Shown: positions 22,610 through 33,858, numbered from the stretch's first letter. The stretch: DNA of 64,000 nucleotides from an uncultured Arcobacter sp. (GCA_965140705.1 OZ223300.1:960001-1024000), one strand, 5' to 3'. Notes: generated by a model from the letters alone, not told the origin. Made by a program: numbers and translations.

Positions 22610-24796
22610 TTATTTGTTGAAAGTTATAATAAAATTTGCTCCAAAATATTCTTTTTCATTATAAATAAAAGCATTATTTTCCACATCTAATTTAAAGTGC
22701 ATATTTTTCTCTAAAATAATTTTTGCCATATATAACCCAATACCTTTTCCTTGACTTTTGTGTTTAGTAGTAAAATAAGGCTCAAAAATGTGTTCCATGA
22801 TATCTTTATTTATACCATTTGCATTATCTTTTATTGATAAAGTGTTTTCAAAAGTTGTAATAAAAATATATTTTTGTTCTTTTCTATTTTCAATTAAAGC
22901 TTCAATAGCATTATTTATTATATTTAGTATGGCTTGTTTGAATTGATTTTTTTGGGCAAATATTTTTATTTTGTCATTAATATTATTTATAATTTCTATA
23001 TGTTCATCTTCTAATTTATTTGTAACTATTTTTATATTTTGATTAATTATATCTTTTAATAAAAACTCTTCTTCTTTTTCATTTTCTTTATAAAATATTC
23101 TAAAGTCTTCTATTGTTTTTGATAAAAAATTTGAGCTTTCAACTATATGAGAACACAAAAAGTTTAAACTTTCATCATCTAAACTATTCATCTCTTTTTT
23201 TAGTAATATTGAGCTAGCTGAAGAGGATATTGCACTAAGAGGTTGTCTCCATTGGTGGGCTATATTATTTATCATTTCTCCCATAGCAAGCATTTTATTG
23301 TGTTGGAAAAGTATTTCATCTTTCTTTTTATTTTTTGATATCTCATTTTCTATTCTTTTTTCAAGTGATTCATTTAAATTTTGTAACTCTTTTGTCTTCT
23401 CTTCAACTAAAAGTTCTAAATTGTCATTTAAGAGTTTTAATTCAGATTTTTGTTTTATGTCTAAAGTTATATCTGTAAGTGTAACTACAATATAAGGTAT
23501 TTTTTCACCACTAAATAAATTTAAATTAACATTTAACAAAAAATGCCTTATTTGTCCATCTTTTTTCATAGCAGCTTTTAAATTACTTTTTGGATTTTCT
23601 AAGATAAATTGTGCCCAATTTTTACCATTATAGTTTTTTTCTATTACATAGTTTACGTCATTGATATCTACAAACATTTCACAAATACATTTGTGTTCCA
23701 ATTTAAATTCTTCGATGGAGTTATATTGATTAAAGAAATTTAAGAATTGTTTATTTGCATTACTTAAAGTCTCTCCATCAGTTAAAATAATAATATTTTG
23801 TTGTGAATCAAGAATTTGTTGCACTTTTTTCTTTTCAATAAGAACTTTTCGTGAAAAAATATAATAGAAAATCAAACTTAAAATCAAAGCTAAAGTAATA
23901 AATAATGAAATAATATTAATTATAAAATTAATTTTATAATTATTTATGTTAGAGATATCTATATCTTTTAAGTCTTTTGAAAAAATAATGTACCCAATAT
24001 TATCTTTTTCAAAATCTTTTATTTTATAAGTACTTATGAACTTATTTTCAATAATTAAATAGCCAGTGGTTTTTAATATCTTTTCTATACCTATTTTTTT
24101 TATTAAATTTATTAAATAAGTCTTTGCATTTAAGTTTGAAACATAATATTGATTTATAAAATTATTAGTAAAAGGATATTTTAAAGTTTTAAAATATTTC
24201 TTATCTGCCAAGATTACACTATTTATATTAGACTTAGCAAGATTTCTTGAAATTGAATTAAAGTGTGTAATAACTTCAAATATTCCAAGAAACTCTTTTT
24301 TGTCGTAGATTGGTATTATTGAGTGAAAAGTCATATCATATCGACCAACAGTAATGGTATTTGTGATTTTTGGATTTTTTAATATATTTCTAATCCCTTT
24401 CCTAAATAATAAACTATCATTCTTATGTTCATTCCAACTTCTATAAAGAGCAGTTCCATTTTTATCTATAAGCATAAACCAAATATTTTTAAAACTTAAA
24501 TTTGAACTAAGTTCTTTAGAAAAATTAGATAAATTTAAATTATGCACATCTTTTGAAATAAATGCATTTCTTATATGCTCATATTTAGATGTTGCAATAG
24601 CTAGGGTTAAAGTAGCTGTTTGTTTATCTTCTATTAAAAAATTAATATCTTTATTTATATGAGTGGAGAGTGCTTTATATTTAGTATCTAATAGTTTTCT
24701 CTCATGATTTTTGAGATAATTAAAAGAGATAAATATAAAAGTAAAAATTATTACAAAAAATAATAATATATAAATTGTTAGGACTTTTTTCTTCAT
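22610..24796 (-). CDS. Orphan membrane sensor histidine kinase
   Basis: Two TM helices flanking an extracytoplasmic domain, IAHQWRQPL H-box, NIINNA, FEPYFTTK, GIGL. Confidence 0.9.
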   Translation of the reverse strand: MKKKVLTIYILLFFVIIFTFIFISFNYLKNHERKLLDTKYKALSTHINKDINFLIEDKQTATLTLAIATSKYEHIRNAFISKDVHNLNLSNFSKELSSNLSFKNIWFMLIDKNGTALYRSWNEHKNDSLLFRKGIRNILKNPKITNTITVGRYDMTFHSIIPIYDKKEFLGIFEVITHFNSISRNLAKSNINSVILADKKYFKTLKYPFTNNFINQYYVSNLNAKTYLINLIKKIGIEKILKTTGYLIIENKFISTYKIKDFEKDNIGYIIFSKDLKDIDISNINNYKINFIINIISLFITLALILSLIFYYIFSRKVLIEKKKVQQILDSQQNIIILTDGETLSNANKQFLNFFNQYNSIEEFKLEHKCICEMFVDINDVNYVIEKNYNGKNWAQFILENPKSNLKAAMKKDGQIRHFLLNVNLNLFSGEKIPYIVVTLTDITLDIKQKSELKLLNDNLELLVEEKTKELQNLNESLEKRIENEISKNKKKDEILFQHNKMLAMGEMINNIAHQWRQPLSAISSSASSILLKKEMNSLDDESLNFLCSHIVESSNFLSKTIEDFRIFYKENEKEEEFLLKDIINQNIKIVTNKLEDEHIEIINNINDKIKIFAQKNQFKQAILNIINNAIEALIENRKEQKYIFITTFENTLSIKDNANGINKDIMEHIFEPYFTTKHKSQGKGIGLYMAKIILEKNMHFKLDVENNAFIYNEKEYFGANFIITFNK

Positions 24797-24863
24797 ACAT
24801 TTATTATATCTTTTCTTATATAAAATATTAGTGGAAATATTTATTTGAAAATTTATTTTTTTT

Positions 24864-24872
24864 TGCTACAAT
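24864..24872 (+). promoter_or_regulatory. Extended -10 promoter of ispG
   Basis: TGcTACAAT with 6 nt between it and the ATG. Confidence 0.55.
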
Positions 24873-24878
24873 CCTCCC

Positions 24879-25943
24879 ATGATAAAAAGATACCCTACAA
24901 AAAAAATATTCGTTGGTAATGTTGCTATTGGTGGTGATGCACCAATCTCTGTACAATCAATGACTTATACAAAAACATCAGATATACAAGCCACTGTTGA
25001 GCAAATAAAACTATTGCATTTTGCAGGGGCAGATATTGTAAGATTAGCTGTTCCTGATATGGAAGCAGCACTTGCACTAAAAAGTATAAAAGAACAAACT
25101 TCTTTACCTTTGGTTGCAGATATTCATTTTAATTATAAATTAGCTTTGATTGCTGCTGAATCTGTGGATTGCATAAGATTAAATCCTGGAAATATTGGTA
25201 GTAAAGACAGAGTAAAAGAAGTAGTAAAAGCTTGTCAAAATAGAAACTTACCAATAAGAATTGGAGTTAATTGTGGCTCATTGGAAAAAGAGTTTGAAAA
25301 TAAGTATGGGCAAACTCCTGAGGGTATGGTTGCAAGTGCTGATTATAATATCAAGTTCTTAGAAGACTTAGGTTTTACAGATATAAAAGTATCATTAAAA
25401 GCTAGTGATGTTCAAAGAACTGTTCAGGCATATAGAGATTTAAGACCGATGAATAATTATCCTTTTCATTTAGGAGTTACAGAAGCTGGGACACTATTTC
25501 ACTCAACAATAAAATCTTCAATTGCATTAGGTAGTTTATTACTTGATGGTATTGGAGATACTATGCGTATTTCTATCACTGGTGAGTTAGAAAAAGAAAT
25601 AGAAGTAGGGCGAGCAATTTTAAAAGATGCAGGTCTTACAAAAGAGGGATTAAATATTATCTCTTGTCCAACTTGTGGAAGAATAGAAGCTGATTTAGTA
25701 ACAGCTGTAGCCCAAGTGGAAGAGAGAACAAAACATATAAGAACTCCGCTAAATGTTTCAGTTATGGGATGTGTAGTAAATGCTTTAGGTGAAGCAAAAA
25801 GTGCAGATGTTGCAATTGCCTATGGAAAAGGTAGTGGTTTGATTATTAAAAAAGGTGAAACCATAGCTAAACTTCCGACAGAAGAACTTCTTGAGAGGTT
25901 TTTAGAAGAAGTTGAAAAAGAAGTAGAAAATCAAAAAGAGTAA
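24879..25943 (+). CDS. ispG: HMBPP synthase
   Basis: [33 protein letters not shown]. Confidence 0.97.
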   Translation: MIKRYPTKKIFVGNVAIGGDAPISVQSMTYTKTSDIQATVEQIKLLHFAGADIVRLAVPDMEAALALKSIKEQTSLPLVADIHFNYKLALIAAESVDCIRLNPGNIGSKDRVKEVVKACQNRNLPIRIGVNCGSLEKEFENKYGQTPEGMVASADYNIKFLEDLGFTDIKVSLKASDVQRTVQAYRDLRPMNNYPFHLGVTEAGTLFHSTIKSSIALGSLLLDGIGDTMRISITGELEKEIEVGRAILKDAGLTKEGLNIISCPTCGRIEADLVTAVAQVEERTKHIRTPLNVSVMGCVVNALGEAKSADVAIAYGKGSGLIIKKGETIAKLPTEELLERFLEEVEKEVENQKE

Positions 25944-26000
25944 ATTAACAAAATAATAATCTATTCTTAGCTAGAATATTATCCTTTAATTGGAGAAATA

Positions 26001-27440
26001 ATGGATAGTATTTATAGTTTAAACATAGAAAGAGCGGTATTAAGTTCGATTTTATTTAATCCCGATGAAATAGAGGATGTTTTAGGTATTTTAAAACCAA
26101 AAGATTTCTATCTTCCTGCTCATCAGAAAATTTTTGCAGTTATGGAAAAACTCCATAATGAAGATATGCCAATAGATGAAGAATTTATTAGAAGAAGAGT
26201 AAATTCAAAAGATGTTGATGATGATATTTTAATAGAAATCCTTTCTGCAAACCCAATCACAAATACTTTAGCATATACAAAAGAGATAAAAGATGCAAGT
26301 GTAAAAAGAGAACTTGCAACTTTAGCAACTACAATAAAAAAAGTTGCGATTGAAGATGATATTGCAGCAACAGAAGCTGTGGATACAGTACAAAATGCCC
26401 TTTATAAAATTACTACTGATTCAGCCTCAACAGAACTTAAAGATATACATGTAATCACGGATGACACTTTATCATACATAAAAAGAATGAAAGAACTTGG
26501 TGGAAAACATCTTATTGGTGAAACAACAGGTTTTTATGAATTGGATAAAAGAACAACAGGTTTTAATGATGGAGATTTAATTATTATTGCAGCTAGGCCA
26601 GCTATGGGAAAAACAGCTCTAGTTTTAAATATGGCACTAAAAAATGTTGAAGCAAATAAAGGGGTGATTTTTTTCTCACTTGAAATGCCAGCAGAACAAC
26701 TTATGTTAAGAATGCTAGCTGCTAAGACTTCAATCCCTTTGCAAAATCTTAGAAAAGGTGATTTAGATGATTCTCAATGGTCAAATCTAAGTGCTGCTTT
26801 TGAGGATTTAAATAAAAAAAGGCTTTTTGTTGATGATGGTGGAAGTGTAAATATTAACCAACTTAGAGCGAGGGTGAGAAAACTAGCTCAGAATAAAGAC
26901 AATAATATATCTATGGTAATCATTGATTATTTACAACTTATGCAAGGAACTGGAAATAAAGATAGACATCAAGAGGTTTCTGATATAAGTAGGGGGCTTA
27001 AAATGTTAGCAAGGGAGATGAAAATTCCAATTATTGCACTATCTCAGCTAAATAGGGGACTTGAAAATAGACCTGATAAACGTCCTATGTTAAGTGATTT
27101 AAGGGAATCTGGAGCTATTGAGCAAGATGCCGATATTATAATGTTTGTATATAGAGATGATGTATATAAAGAAAGAGATGAAGCTAGAAAAGAAAAAGAA
27201 GCAAAAGATAAAGGGGAAGATTATAAATCAACCTTTACAAATAAGCCAGTGGAAGAGGCTGAAGTAATTATTGGTAAACAAAGAAACGGACCAATTGGAA
27301 CAGTAAAACTTGATTTCCACAAAGCTTTAACTAAATTTGTCGATAAAGAACATAGGGGTGAAGCACCTATTGAAGTTGTATTTGAAACAGTTGCTGATAC
27401 ACAAAAAGAGACAAATATTGATATTCCAAATATACTTTAA
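26001..27440 (+). CDS. dnaB: Replicative DNA helicase
   Basis: AARPAMGKT, FSLEM, IDYLQL, SDLRESGAIEQDAD, KQRNGP. Confidence 0.98.
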   Translation: MDSIYSLNIERAVLSSILFNPDEIEDVLGILKPKDFYLPAHQKIFAVMEKLHNEDMPIDEEFIRRRVNSKDVDDDILIEILSANPITNTLAYTKEIKDASVKRELATLATTIKKVAIEDDIAATEAVDTVQNALYKITTDSASTELKDIHVITDDTLSYIKRMKELGGKHLIGETTGFYELDKRTTGFNDGDLIIIAARPAMGKTALVLNMALKNVEANKGVIFFSLEMPAEQLMLRMLAAKTSIPLQNLRKGDLDDSQWSNLSAAFEDLNKKRLFVDDGGSVNINQLRARVRKLAQNKDNNISMVIIDYLQLMQGTGNKDRHQEVSDISRGLKMLAREMKIPIIALSQLNRGLENRPDKRPMLSDLRESGAIEQDADIIMFVYRDDVYKERDEARKEKEAKDKGEDYKSTFTNKPVEEAEVIIGKQRNGPIGTVKLDFHKALTKFVDKEHRGEAPIEVVFETVADTQKETNIDIPNIL

Positions 27441-27449
27441 GGAAAAACT

Positions 27450-28199
27450 TTGTTGGAACAAATAAATTTAAATGATATAAAAGATATTGCCCTAAAAGCT
27501 GGTCTTGTGATAATGGAAATTTATAATAAAGATTTTGAAGTGGAGTATAAAGAAGACAACTCTCCACTTACTGAAGCTGATATAAAGTCAAATGAAATTA
27601 TTTGTAATAGTTTAATAAATTTATATCCAAATATTCCAATTATGTCTGAAGAGAATAAACAAATAGATTATGAAGAGAGAAAAGATTGGGATTATTATTG
27701 GTGCATTGATCCAATAGATGGAACAAAAGAGTTTGTTAAAAAAAATGGTGAGTTTACTGTAAATATCGCCTTAGTGCATAACCAAGAACCAGTTTTAGGA
27801 GTAGTTTATGCACCTGCAATTGATATTATGTATAGTGCAAAAAAAGGTGTAGGTGCATTTAAAAACAAACAAAAACTACCTATAAATAGAGATGATGAAA
27901 AATATATCATAGTTGCTAGTAAATCTCATATGTCAGATGAAACACAAACGTATATAGATAATATAAAAACAGTAAAAGAAAAAGTGATGATTTCTATGGG
28001 AAGTTCATTAAAACTGTGTTTAGTAGCAGATAGTAGTGCTGATTGTTATCCAAGGGTTGCGCCAACTATGGAATGGGATACAGCAGCAGCAGATGCAGTT
28101 GTAAGATGTGCAGGAAAAATGACTTATAATTTAGAAGTAGAAGAACCACTAATTTACAACAAAAAGGATTTATTGAATCCAAATTTTGTGGTTAAATAA
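27450..28199 (+). CDS. cysQ: 3'(2'),5'-bisphosphate nucleotidase
   Basis: SPLTEAD, IDPIDGTKEF, TMEWDTAA. Confidence 0.93.
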   Translation: MLEQINLNDIKDIALKAGLVIMEIYNKDFEVEYKEDNSPLTEADIKSNEIICNSLINLYPNIPIMSEENKQIDYEERKDWDYYWCIDPIDGTKEFVKKNGEFTVNIALVHNQEPVLGVVYAPAIDIMYSAKKGVGAFKNKQKLPINRDDEKYIIVASKSHMSDETQTYIDNIKTVKEKVMISMGSSLKLCLVADSSADCYPRVAPTMEWDTAAADAVVRCAGKMTYNLEVEEPLIYNKKDLLNPNFVVK

Positions 28200-28226
28200 T
28201 ATATAATAAGTTATAAAGGAGTTAAA

Positions 28227-28949
28227 ATGAAATATGAATTTTTTAATGATTTTGATTTTATACCATATGAATTGGCAATAAAATTTGATTATAGATTAGA
28301 AAATGTAATTAAAAAATTAGAAAATTTTTTTAAAAATGCAAAAATTGACTCCTTTGAAGATGAATTTGTTGAGTTTTATTTAGCAGGATCATGTATAAAA
28401 GCTGATACTTTTAGAGATATTGATATATTTTTATTTACAAAAGATAAATTAAAAAGAGTGTGTGCCAATTTAGATAAAAAATATTTTTTATATGAAAACA
28501 ACTCAAACACTTATCTTTATGATACTGATTTGATTCAAATAGTTTATAGGGAAAGGTTTTTAGATAAAGATTTAAAATTTATTGTGGATATATTTGACTT
28601 TCATTCGACGAAAATAGGCTTTAAATGTGTTTTAGATACTAAAAATTTTGAAATAATAGTTAATGAAGCTGATGTTAGAGAAGATTTTGTTAATTATGTG
28701 CTTACTAAAAAAAATGGTCTGACAAGGGTTAATATAAATCCTTTTGTAACTCTTCAGCGGGCAATTCATTTTTTAAAAAGGGGTGATGATGTTCCTTTTT
28801 ATGTATTTTTAGAAATTTTTTCAAAAATATCATTGATAGAAAAAGATGAACCAAAAGAAAAATATTTTGATAGATTACAAGGTGATGAAGAAAAAGTAAA
28901 AGAAGTAAAAGATGCTATTTATAAATATTTATCATTTAAGAATAATTAA
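28227..28949 (+). CDS. Hypothetical protein with a pol-beta-type nucleotidyltransferase motif
   Basis: YLAGS-x7-RDIDIF and a later DIFDF; AAGGAG SD. Confidence 0.55.
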   Translation: MKYEFFNDFDFIPYELAIKFDYRLENVIKKLENFFKNAKIDSFEDEFVEFYLAGSCIKADTFRDIDIFLFTKDKLKRVCANLDKKYFLYENNSNTYLYDTDLIQIVYRERFLDKDLKFIVDIFDFHSTKIGFKCVLDTKNFEIIVNEADVREDFVNYVLTKKNGLTRVNINPFVTLQRAIHFLKRGDDVPFYVFLEIFSKISLIEKDEPKEKYFDRLQGDEEKVKEVKDAIYKYLSFKNN

Positions 28950-28980
28950 AAAGTAATTAAAAAACAATTAAAAAATTTAA

Positions 28981-28989
28981 TGTTATAAT
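28981..28989 (+). promoter_or_regulatory. Extended -10 promoter
   Basis: TGtTATAAT 26 nt before ATG 29015. Confidence 0.55.
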
Positions 28990-29014
28990 TTATTTTTTAT
29001 TAAAAAGGTAAAAC

Positions 29015-29410
29015 ATGGTAAATACAAAAGCCTTTTCATTGCTTGAATTGATTTTTGCAATAGTAATTATAGGAATAATTTCAACTGTAGCTGTTCCAAA
29101 GCTTTTAGATACAAAAGATAATGCTGAAGCTGCAATTGTCCAAAAAGATATATCTACGATAATATCATCAGTTAGAGCATATTATATGGTAAATGATAAA
29201 TTAGATAATTTTGATGAAGCTTTAACTTTGAATCCAAGCACTTGGAATATAGAGGGTACAACTGCTACTTTTGAAGATGATAATAAATCTTGTGTAACTG
29301 TAAACATAGAGAATAAAAAGTTAAATTTAATCATAAATGATGAAAATAGTGGAGATGTTTGCAAAAAAATAATAGCTTCTGGACTCTCTTCTACTGAATA
29401 TGATTTATAA
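29015..29410 (+). CDS. Prepilin-type N-terminal cleavage/methylation domain protein (pseudopilin-like)
   Basis: KAFSLLELIFAIVIIGII; C-terminal Cys pair. Confidence 0.85.
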   Translation: MVNTKAFSLLELIFAIVIIGIISTVAVPKLLDTKDNAEAAIVQKDISTIISSVRAYYMVNDKLDNFDEALTLNPSTWNIEGTTATFEDDNKSCVTVNIENKKLNLIINDENSGDVCKKIIASGLSSTEYDL

Positions 29411-29420
29411 TAGGAATATG

Positions 29421-29951
29421 ATGCAAAAAGCAATTTTTTTAGATAGAGATGGCGTTATAAATGTTGAAAAGAACTATTTATACAAGGCTGAAGACTTTGA
29501 GTTTATAGATGGTGTTTTTGATACTTTGAAGTATCTACAAGATAATGATTATAAACTTTTTATTATCACAAACCAATCAGGTATTGGAAGAGGATATTAT
29601 ACAAAAGAGGATTTTGAAAAACTAACTTTATGGATGTTAAAAGAGTTTGAAAAAAAAGAGATTATTATCTCCCAAGTAGAATTTTGTCCTCATGCTCCAA
29701 CGCAAGAGTGCAATTGCAGAAAACCAAAAACAGGAATGATAGATAATATACTAAAAAATCATAAAATTGATTTGGAAAATTCTTGGTTAATAGGAGACAA
29801 AGAATCAGATATCTTATGTGCAAAAAATGCTAGTATTAAAAATACTATTCAAGTAAAAACAGGACATAATTTCGATGAAAAAAATAGTTTGGCAAATTTT
29901 GTTTGTGATTCAATAAAAGAGATAAAAGAAATAATTATTCCTTCTTTCTGA
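29421..29951 (+). CDS. gmhB: D,D-heptose 1,7-bisphosphate phosphatase
   Basis: FLDRDGVIN, TNQSGIGRG, CPH..C.CRKP; AGGA SD favours ATG 29421. Confidence 0.95.
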   Translation: MQKAIFLDRDGVINVEKNYLYKAEDFEFIDGVFDTLKYLQDNDYKLFIITNQSGIGRGYYTKEDFEKLTLWMLKEFEKKEIIISQVEFCPHAPTQECNCRKPKTGMIDNILKNHKIDLENSWLIGDKESDILCAKNASIKNTIQVKTGHNFDEKNSLANFVCDSIKEIKEIIIPSF

Positions 29952-30732
29952 TCCTTAAAAATGAAGCAAATTTTGGTTTACCTTTTTTTGTTAAATCATA
30001 GTATTTAAATGTAATTTGTTCTCCTACTTTTGGTGGATTTAATCTCTCTTTATCACTAAATCCATTACCAAGATTAAAAGTAATTCCATTATTTAATTTT
30101 ATAGTTAAACTTTTCATTTTTTTATTATTGTAGTTTATTTTTTGAACAATTCCTTCTTCATCATAAAACTTTTTTACTTTAAGTGAATTTACACTTCTTC
30201 TGTTTATATATTCAAGGTTTGGATTTTTTATTATTACCCCTTCACCTTTCAATAGAACAATCTTTTCCAAAAAATCATCTAACTCTTTTTTATTTTTACA
30301 TTTTATTTGTTTGATTATATGAACTTTTGGATTTGGATTTTTATCAAACCAATTTTTAACTTTTTCTAGACGTTTGTAAAAATTGCCTTTGGCATTTGGG
30401 GCTTCAAAAATATTATATGTTATTTCATTCCATTTTGAACTTGGAGTTTTATCTAAAACTATGCTTTGAATGTTTTCAAAATCATCTCTTTTACTCCAAA
30501 GTTCACCATCAAGTTCAAAGGGTGGAAAATTATGTGTAAAAGAACTTGGTACAAATATTTTATTTCCATTTTTTGTGTATAAAAATTTCCCATCCCAATA
30601 GGCTCTTATTCCATCTAGTTTTTCACTCATAAGCCAGTTTTTTATATCTTGATTTTTGTAAATTCTTGGTTTTTCTAAATTTAGACTAAAGAGATTTGAG
30701 ATAAGAAATATTAGTATAATGAAATTTTTCAT
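29935..30732 (-). CDS. Minimal ATP-dependent DNA ligase with signal peptide (Lig E type)
   Basis: SEKLDGIRA motif I, LDGELW, GEGVII, LKVKK; hydrophobic N-terminal leader. Confidence 0.88.
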   Translation of the reverse strand: MKNFIILIFLISNLFSLNLEKPRIYKNQDIKNWLMSEKLDGIRAYWDGKFLYTKNGNKIFVPSSFTHNFPPFELDGELWSKRDDFENIQSIVLDKTPSSKWNEITYNIFEAPNAKGNFYKRLEKVKNWFDKNPNPKVHIIKQIKCKNKKELDDFLEKIVLLKGEGVIIKNPNLEYINRRSVNSLKVKKFYDEEGIVQKINYNNKKMKSLTIKLNNGITFNLGNGFSDKERLNPPKVGEQITFKYYDLTKKGKPKFASFLRIRKKE

Positions 30733-30843
30733 ACAAACTCCAAAGATAATATTAAAAATTATATTTTAAATTATCTGATTTTATTATAAAACCGTAACTT
30801 AATTTTCGATAGAATAAAGCCCATTTATGTAAAGTAGGTAAAT

Positions 30844-31854
30844 ATGAAATATACAGAATATGATTTTAATGAAAAAACAATTTTAATTACAGGGGCTGCA
30901 GGATTTATTGGCTCAAACCTATGTTTTTATTTTCAAAATAATTATCCAATGGCAAAGATTATTGCTTTAGATTCATTTAGAAGTGGTGAAACCCTAAGTA
31001 ATGGTAACTTAAAGTCTTTTGGACACTATAAAAACTTGTTAGGATTTAAAGGAACAGTTATTAGTGGGGATATTAATGATAAAGAGTTATTAAATCAAAT
31101 TGATGAAGATTATGATTTTGATTTTATTTTCCATGAAGCTGCTATTTCAGATACGACAGCAAGTGAACAAGACTTGATGGTAAAAACAAATGTTAATGCA
31201 TATGAGGATTTACTAAAAATGGCAATAAATCATAATGCAAATATGATTTATGCAAGTAGTGCAGCAACATATGGAGATGCAGCATCTCCCCAAACAGTTG
31301 GAAATGAAAATCCAGGAAATGTTTATGGCTTTTCAAAACTTATGATGGATAATATTACTTATGATTATTTAAAAAAAGATTTAGATATTTCTATTGTGGG
31401 ATTAAGATACTTTAATGTTTATGGTCCAAGGGAGTTTTATAAAAATAAAACAGCTTCAACTGTAATCCAATTTGGACATCAAATATTAGCTGGTAATACA
31501 CCAAAATTATTTGAAGGAAGTGATAAAATACTTAGGGATTTTATTTATATAGAAGATGTAATTCAAGCGAATATAAAAGCAGCAACTCCTAAAAAAAGTG
31601 GAGTTTATAATGTGGGAACTGGAAAAGCTAGATCTTTCCAAGATATAGCAGATATTTTACAAAAAGAGCTAGGTACAAATTTAGGGACAAACTATATCCC
31701 AAATCCATATATTGGACAATATCAATTCCATACGGAAGCTAATATTGAAGATACAAAAACTTATTTAGATTATTCTCCAAGATATGAAATGGAAGATGGA
31801 ATAAAAGATTATATTTCTGAGATAAAAAGAATTTATGAGGTGGAAGTTAAATAA
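30844..31854 (+). CDS. rfaD: ADP-L-glycero-D-manno-heptose 6-epimerase
   Basis: TGAAGFIGS, YASSAATYG, YGFSK, LRYFNVYGP; heptose cluster context. Confidence 0.92.
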   Translation: MKYTEYDFNEKTILITGAAGFIGSNLCFYFQNNYPMAKIIALDSFRSGETLSNGNLKSFGHYKNLLGFKGTVISGDINDKELLNQIDEDYDFDFIFHEAAISDTTASEQDLMVKTNVNAYEDLLKMAINHNANMIYASSAATYGDAASPQTVGNENPGNVYGFSKLMMDNITYDYLKKDLDISIVGLRYFNVYGPREFYKNKTASTVIQFGHQILAGNTPKLFEGSDKILRDFIYIEDVIQANIKAATPKKSGVYNVGTGKARSFQDIADILQKELGTNLGTNYIPNPYIGQYQFHTEANIEDTKTYLDYSPRYEMEDGIKDYISEIKRIYEVEVK

Positions 31855-33284
31855 TGGAAAGAATTTTACAAAATGAAAAAAAACCAAATATATTAGTTAT
31901 TGGTGATTTAATGGTTGACCATTATCTATGGGGAACTTGTGATCGAATTTCACCTGAAGCTCCTGTCCAAATTATTGATGTACAAAATGAGACAAAAGTG
32001 TTAGGTGGGGCTGGTAATGTTATTAGCAATCTATTAAGCCTTGGAGCTGATGTTGGTGTTTTATCTGTGGTTGGAGATGATAGCGTTGCTGAAGAGGTGA
32101 AATATTTAATTGATGCAACAGATGCTAAAAGTTTTTTAATACTTCAAAAAGGAAGAAAAACTTCTAAAAAATCTAGAATTATGGCTTCAAAATCACAAGT
32201 TGTAAGATATGACCATGAGAGTAAAAACAATATCTCTTTTGAATCAACTGATAAAGTATATGCAAAATTACAACAAATAGTTAATGGTTATGATTTAATT
32301 TTATTATCAGATTATGGGAAAGGTGTTTTAACAAATGATTTAACACAAAGAATTATTAAAATAGCAAATTTAAATAATAAAAAAGTAATAGTAGATCCAA
32401 AGGGTACAAACTATGCAAAATATGCTGGAGCATATTTTTTAACACCAAATAAAAAAGAAGCAGAAGTTGCAACTGGTATAAAAATTGATTCAAGTGATAG
32501 TTTGAGAGATGCTTTAAAAGAGTTACAAAAAATAGCTAACTTAGAGATGTCTGTAATTACTTTAAGTGAAGATGGAATAGCTGTTTTAAAAGATAAAGAA
32601 GTTACTGTTAAACCAACTGTTGCAAAAGAAGTATTTGATGTAACAGGTGCTGGTGATACTGTTTTAGCTTCTCTTGGTTATGCTTTATCTATGACTGATG
32701 ATATTTATGCTGCTTTAGAGTTTGCAAATTTAGCAGCAGGAGTAGTTGTAGGAAAACTTGGAAGTGCGACAGTAACTCTTGATGAGATAGAAGAATATAA
32801 AGCAACACTGCATAAAAGTTCTATAGATTTGCATATTAAAACAGTTAAAGAGATAAAAAAAGTAGCAAAAAGATTAAGAAAACAAAATAAAAAAATAATC
32901 TTTACAAATGGTTGTTTTGATATTTTACATAAAGGACATGTGTCATATTTAAATAATGCAAAAGCTTTAGGTGATATATTAATAGTAGGTTTAAATTCAG
33001 ATGATAGTGTAAAAAGACTAAAAGGTGAAAATAGACCTATAAATAATCATGATGATAGAGCATATATTTTATCAGCTTTAGAGTGTGTTGATTATGTAGT
33101 AATTTTTGATGAAGATACACCATATGAATTGATACAAAGAGTAAAACCTGATGTTTTAGTAAAAGGTGCTGATTATGAGGGTAAAGAAGTAATTGGATCA
33201 GATATTGCAAAAGAGACAGTTTTAATTGATTTTGTAGAAGGCAAAAGTACAACTTCAACAATAGAAAAGATTTTAGGTAAATAA
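31854..33284 (+). CDS. hldE: Bifunctional heptose-7-phosphate kinase/heptose-1-phosphate adenylyltransferase
   Basis: [28 protein letters not shown]. Confidence 0.96.
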   Translation: MERILQNEKKPNILVIGDLMVDHYLWGTCDRISPEAPVQIIDVQNETKVLGGAGNVISNLLSLGADVGVLSVVGDDSVAEEVKYLIDATDAKSFLILQKGRKTSKKSRIMASKSQVVRYDHESKNNISFESTDKVYAKLQQIVNGYDLILLSDYGKGVLTNDLTQRIIKIANLNNKKVIVDPKGTNYAKYAGAYFLTPNKKEAEVATGIKIDSSDSLRDALKELQKIANLEMSVITLSEDGIAVLKDKEVTVKPTVAKEVFDVTGAGDTVLASLGYALSMTDDIYAALEFANLAAGVVVGKLGSATVTLDEIEEYKATLHKSSIDLHIKTVKEIKKVAKRLRKQNKKIIFTNGCFDILHKGHVSYLNNAKALGDILIVGLNSDDSVKRLKGENRPINNHDDRAYILSALECVDYVVIFDEDTPYELIQRVKPDVLVKGADYEGKEVIGSDIAKETVLIDFVEGKSTTSTIEKILGK

Positions 33285-33285
33285 T

Positions 33286-33858
33286 ATGAAAAAAACAATA
33301 GAAAAAGAGTTTCAAGCACATTTAGAAACAATTCAAAAAGTAATCGAAACTATGAGTGAACCTTTAGAAAAAGCTTCAAAATTAGCAGTTGATACATTAA
33401 AAGCTGGAAATAAAATATTAATTTTTGGAAATGGTGGAAGTGCTGCTGATGCACAGCATATTGCAGCTGAACTAACAGGAAGATATAAAACTGAAAGAAG
33501 AGGTTTACCAGGTATTGCTCTTACAACAGATACAAGTGCATTAACAGCCATTGGAAATGATTATGGTTATGATAGAGTTTTTGATAGACAAGTTGAGAGT
33601 TTAGCAAATGAGGGTGATTTACTTATTGGTATTTCAACTTCTGGTAATTCAAAAAATGTAATAAATGCTTTTGAAGTAGGAAAAGATTTGGGTTGTAAAA
33701 TCATAGGACTAACAGGTCGTGATGGTGGAGAAATGGATTCTTATTGTGATGTTAACTTAATAGTACCATCAAATGATACACCAAGAATACAAGAGATGCA
33801 TATACTATTTGGACATACAATTTGTCAATTGATTGATGATGCATACGAAGGGAAGTAG
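33286..33858 (+). CDS. gmhA: Phosphoheptose isomerase
   Basis: [23 protein letters not shown]. Confidence 0.97.
   Translation: MKKTIEKEFQAHLETIQKVIETMSEPLEKASKLAVDTLKAGNKILIFGNGGSAADAQHIAAELTGRYKTERRGLPGIALTTDTSALTAIGNDYGYDRVFDRQVESLANEGDLLIGISTSGNSKNVINAFEVGKDLGCKIIGLTGRDGGEMDSYCDVNLIVPSNDTPRIQEMHILFGHTICQLIDDAYEGK

Noticed and set aside
27165..27260. Charged insertion in DnaB as a possible intein
   Set aside because: Short, lacks intein terminal residues, and matches the helical insertion known in Campylobacterota DnaB
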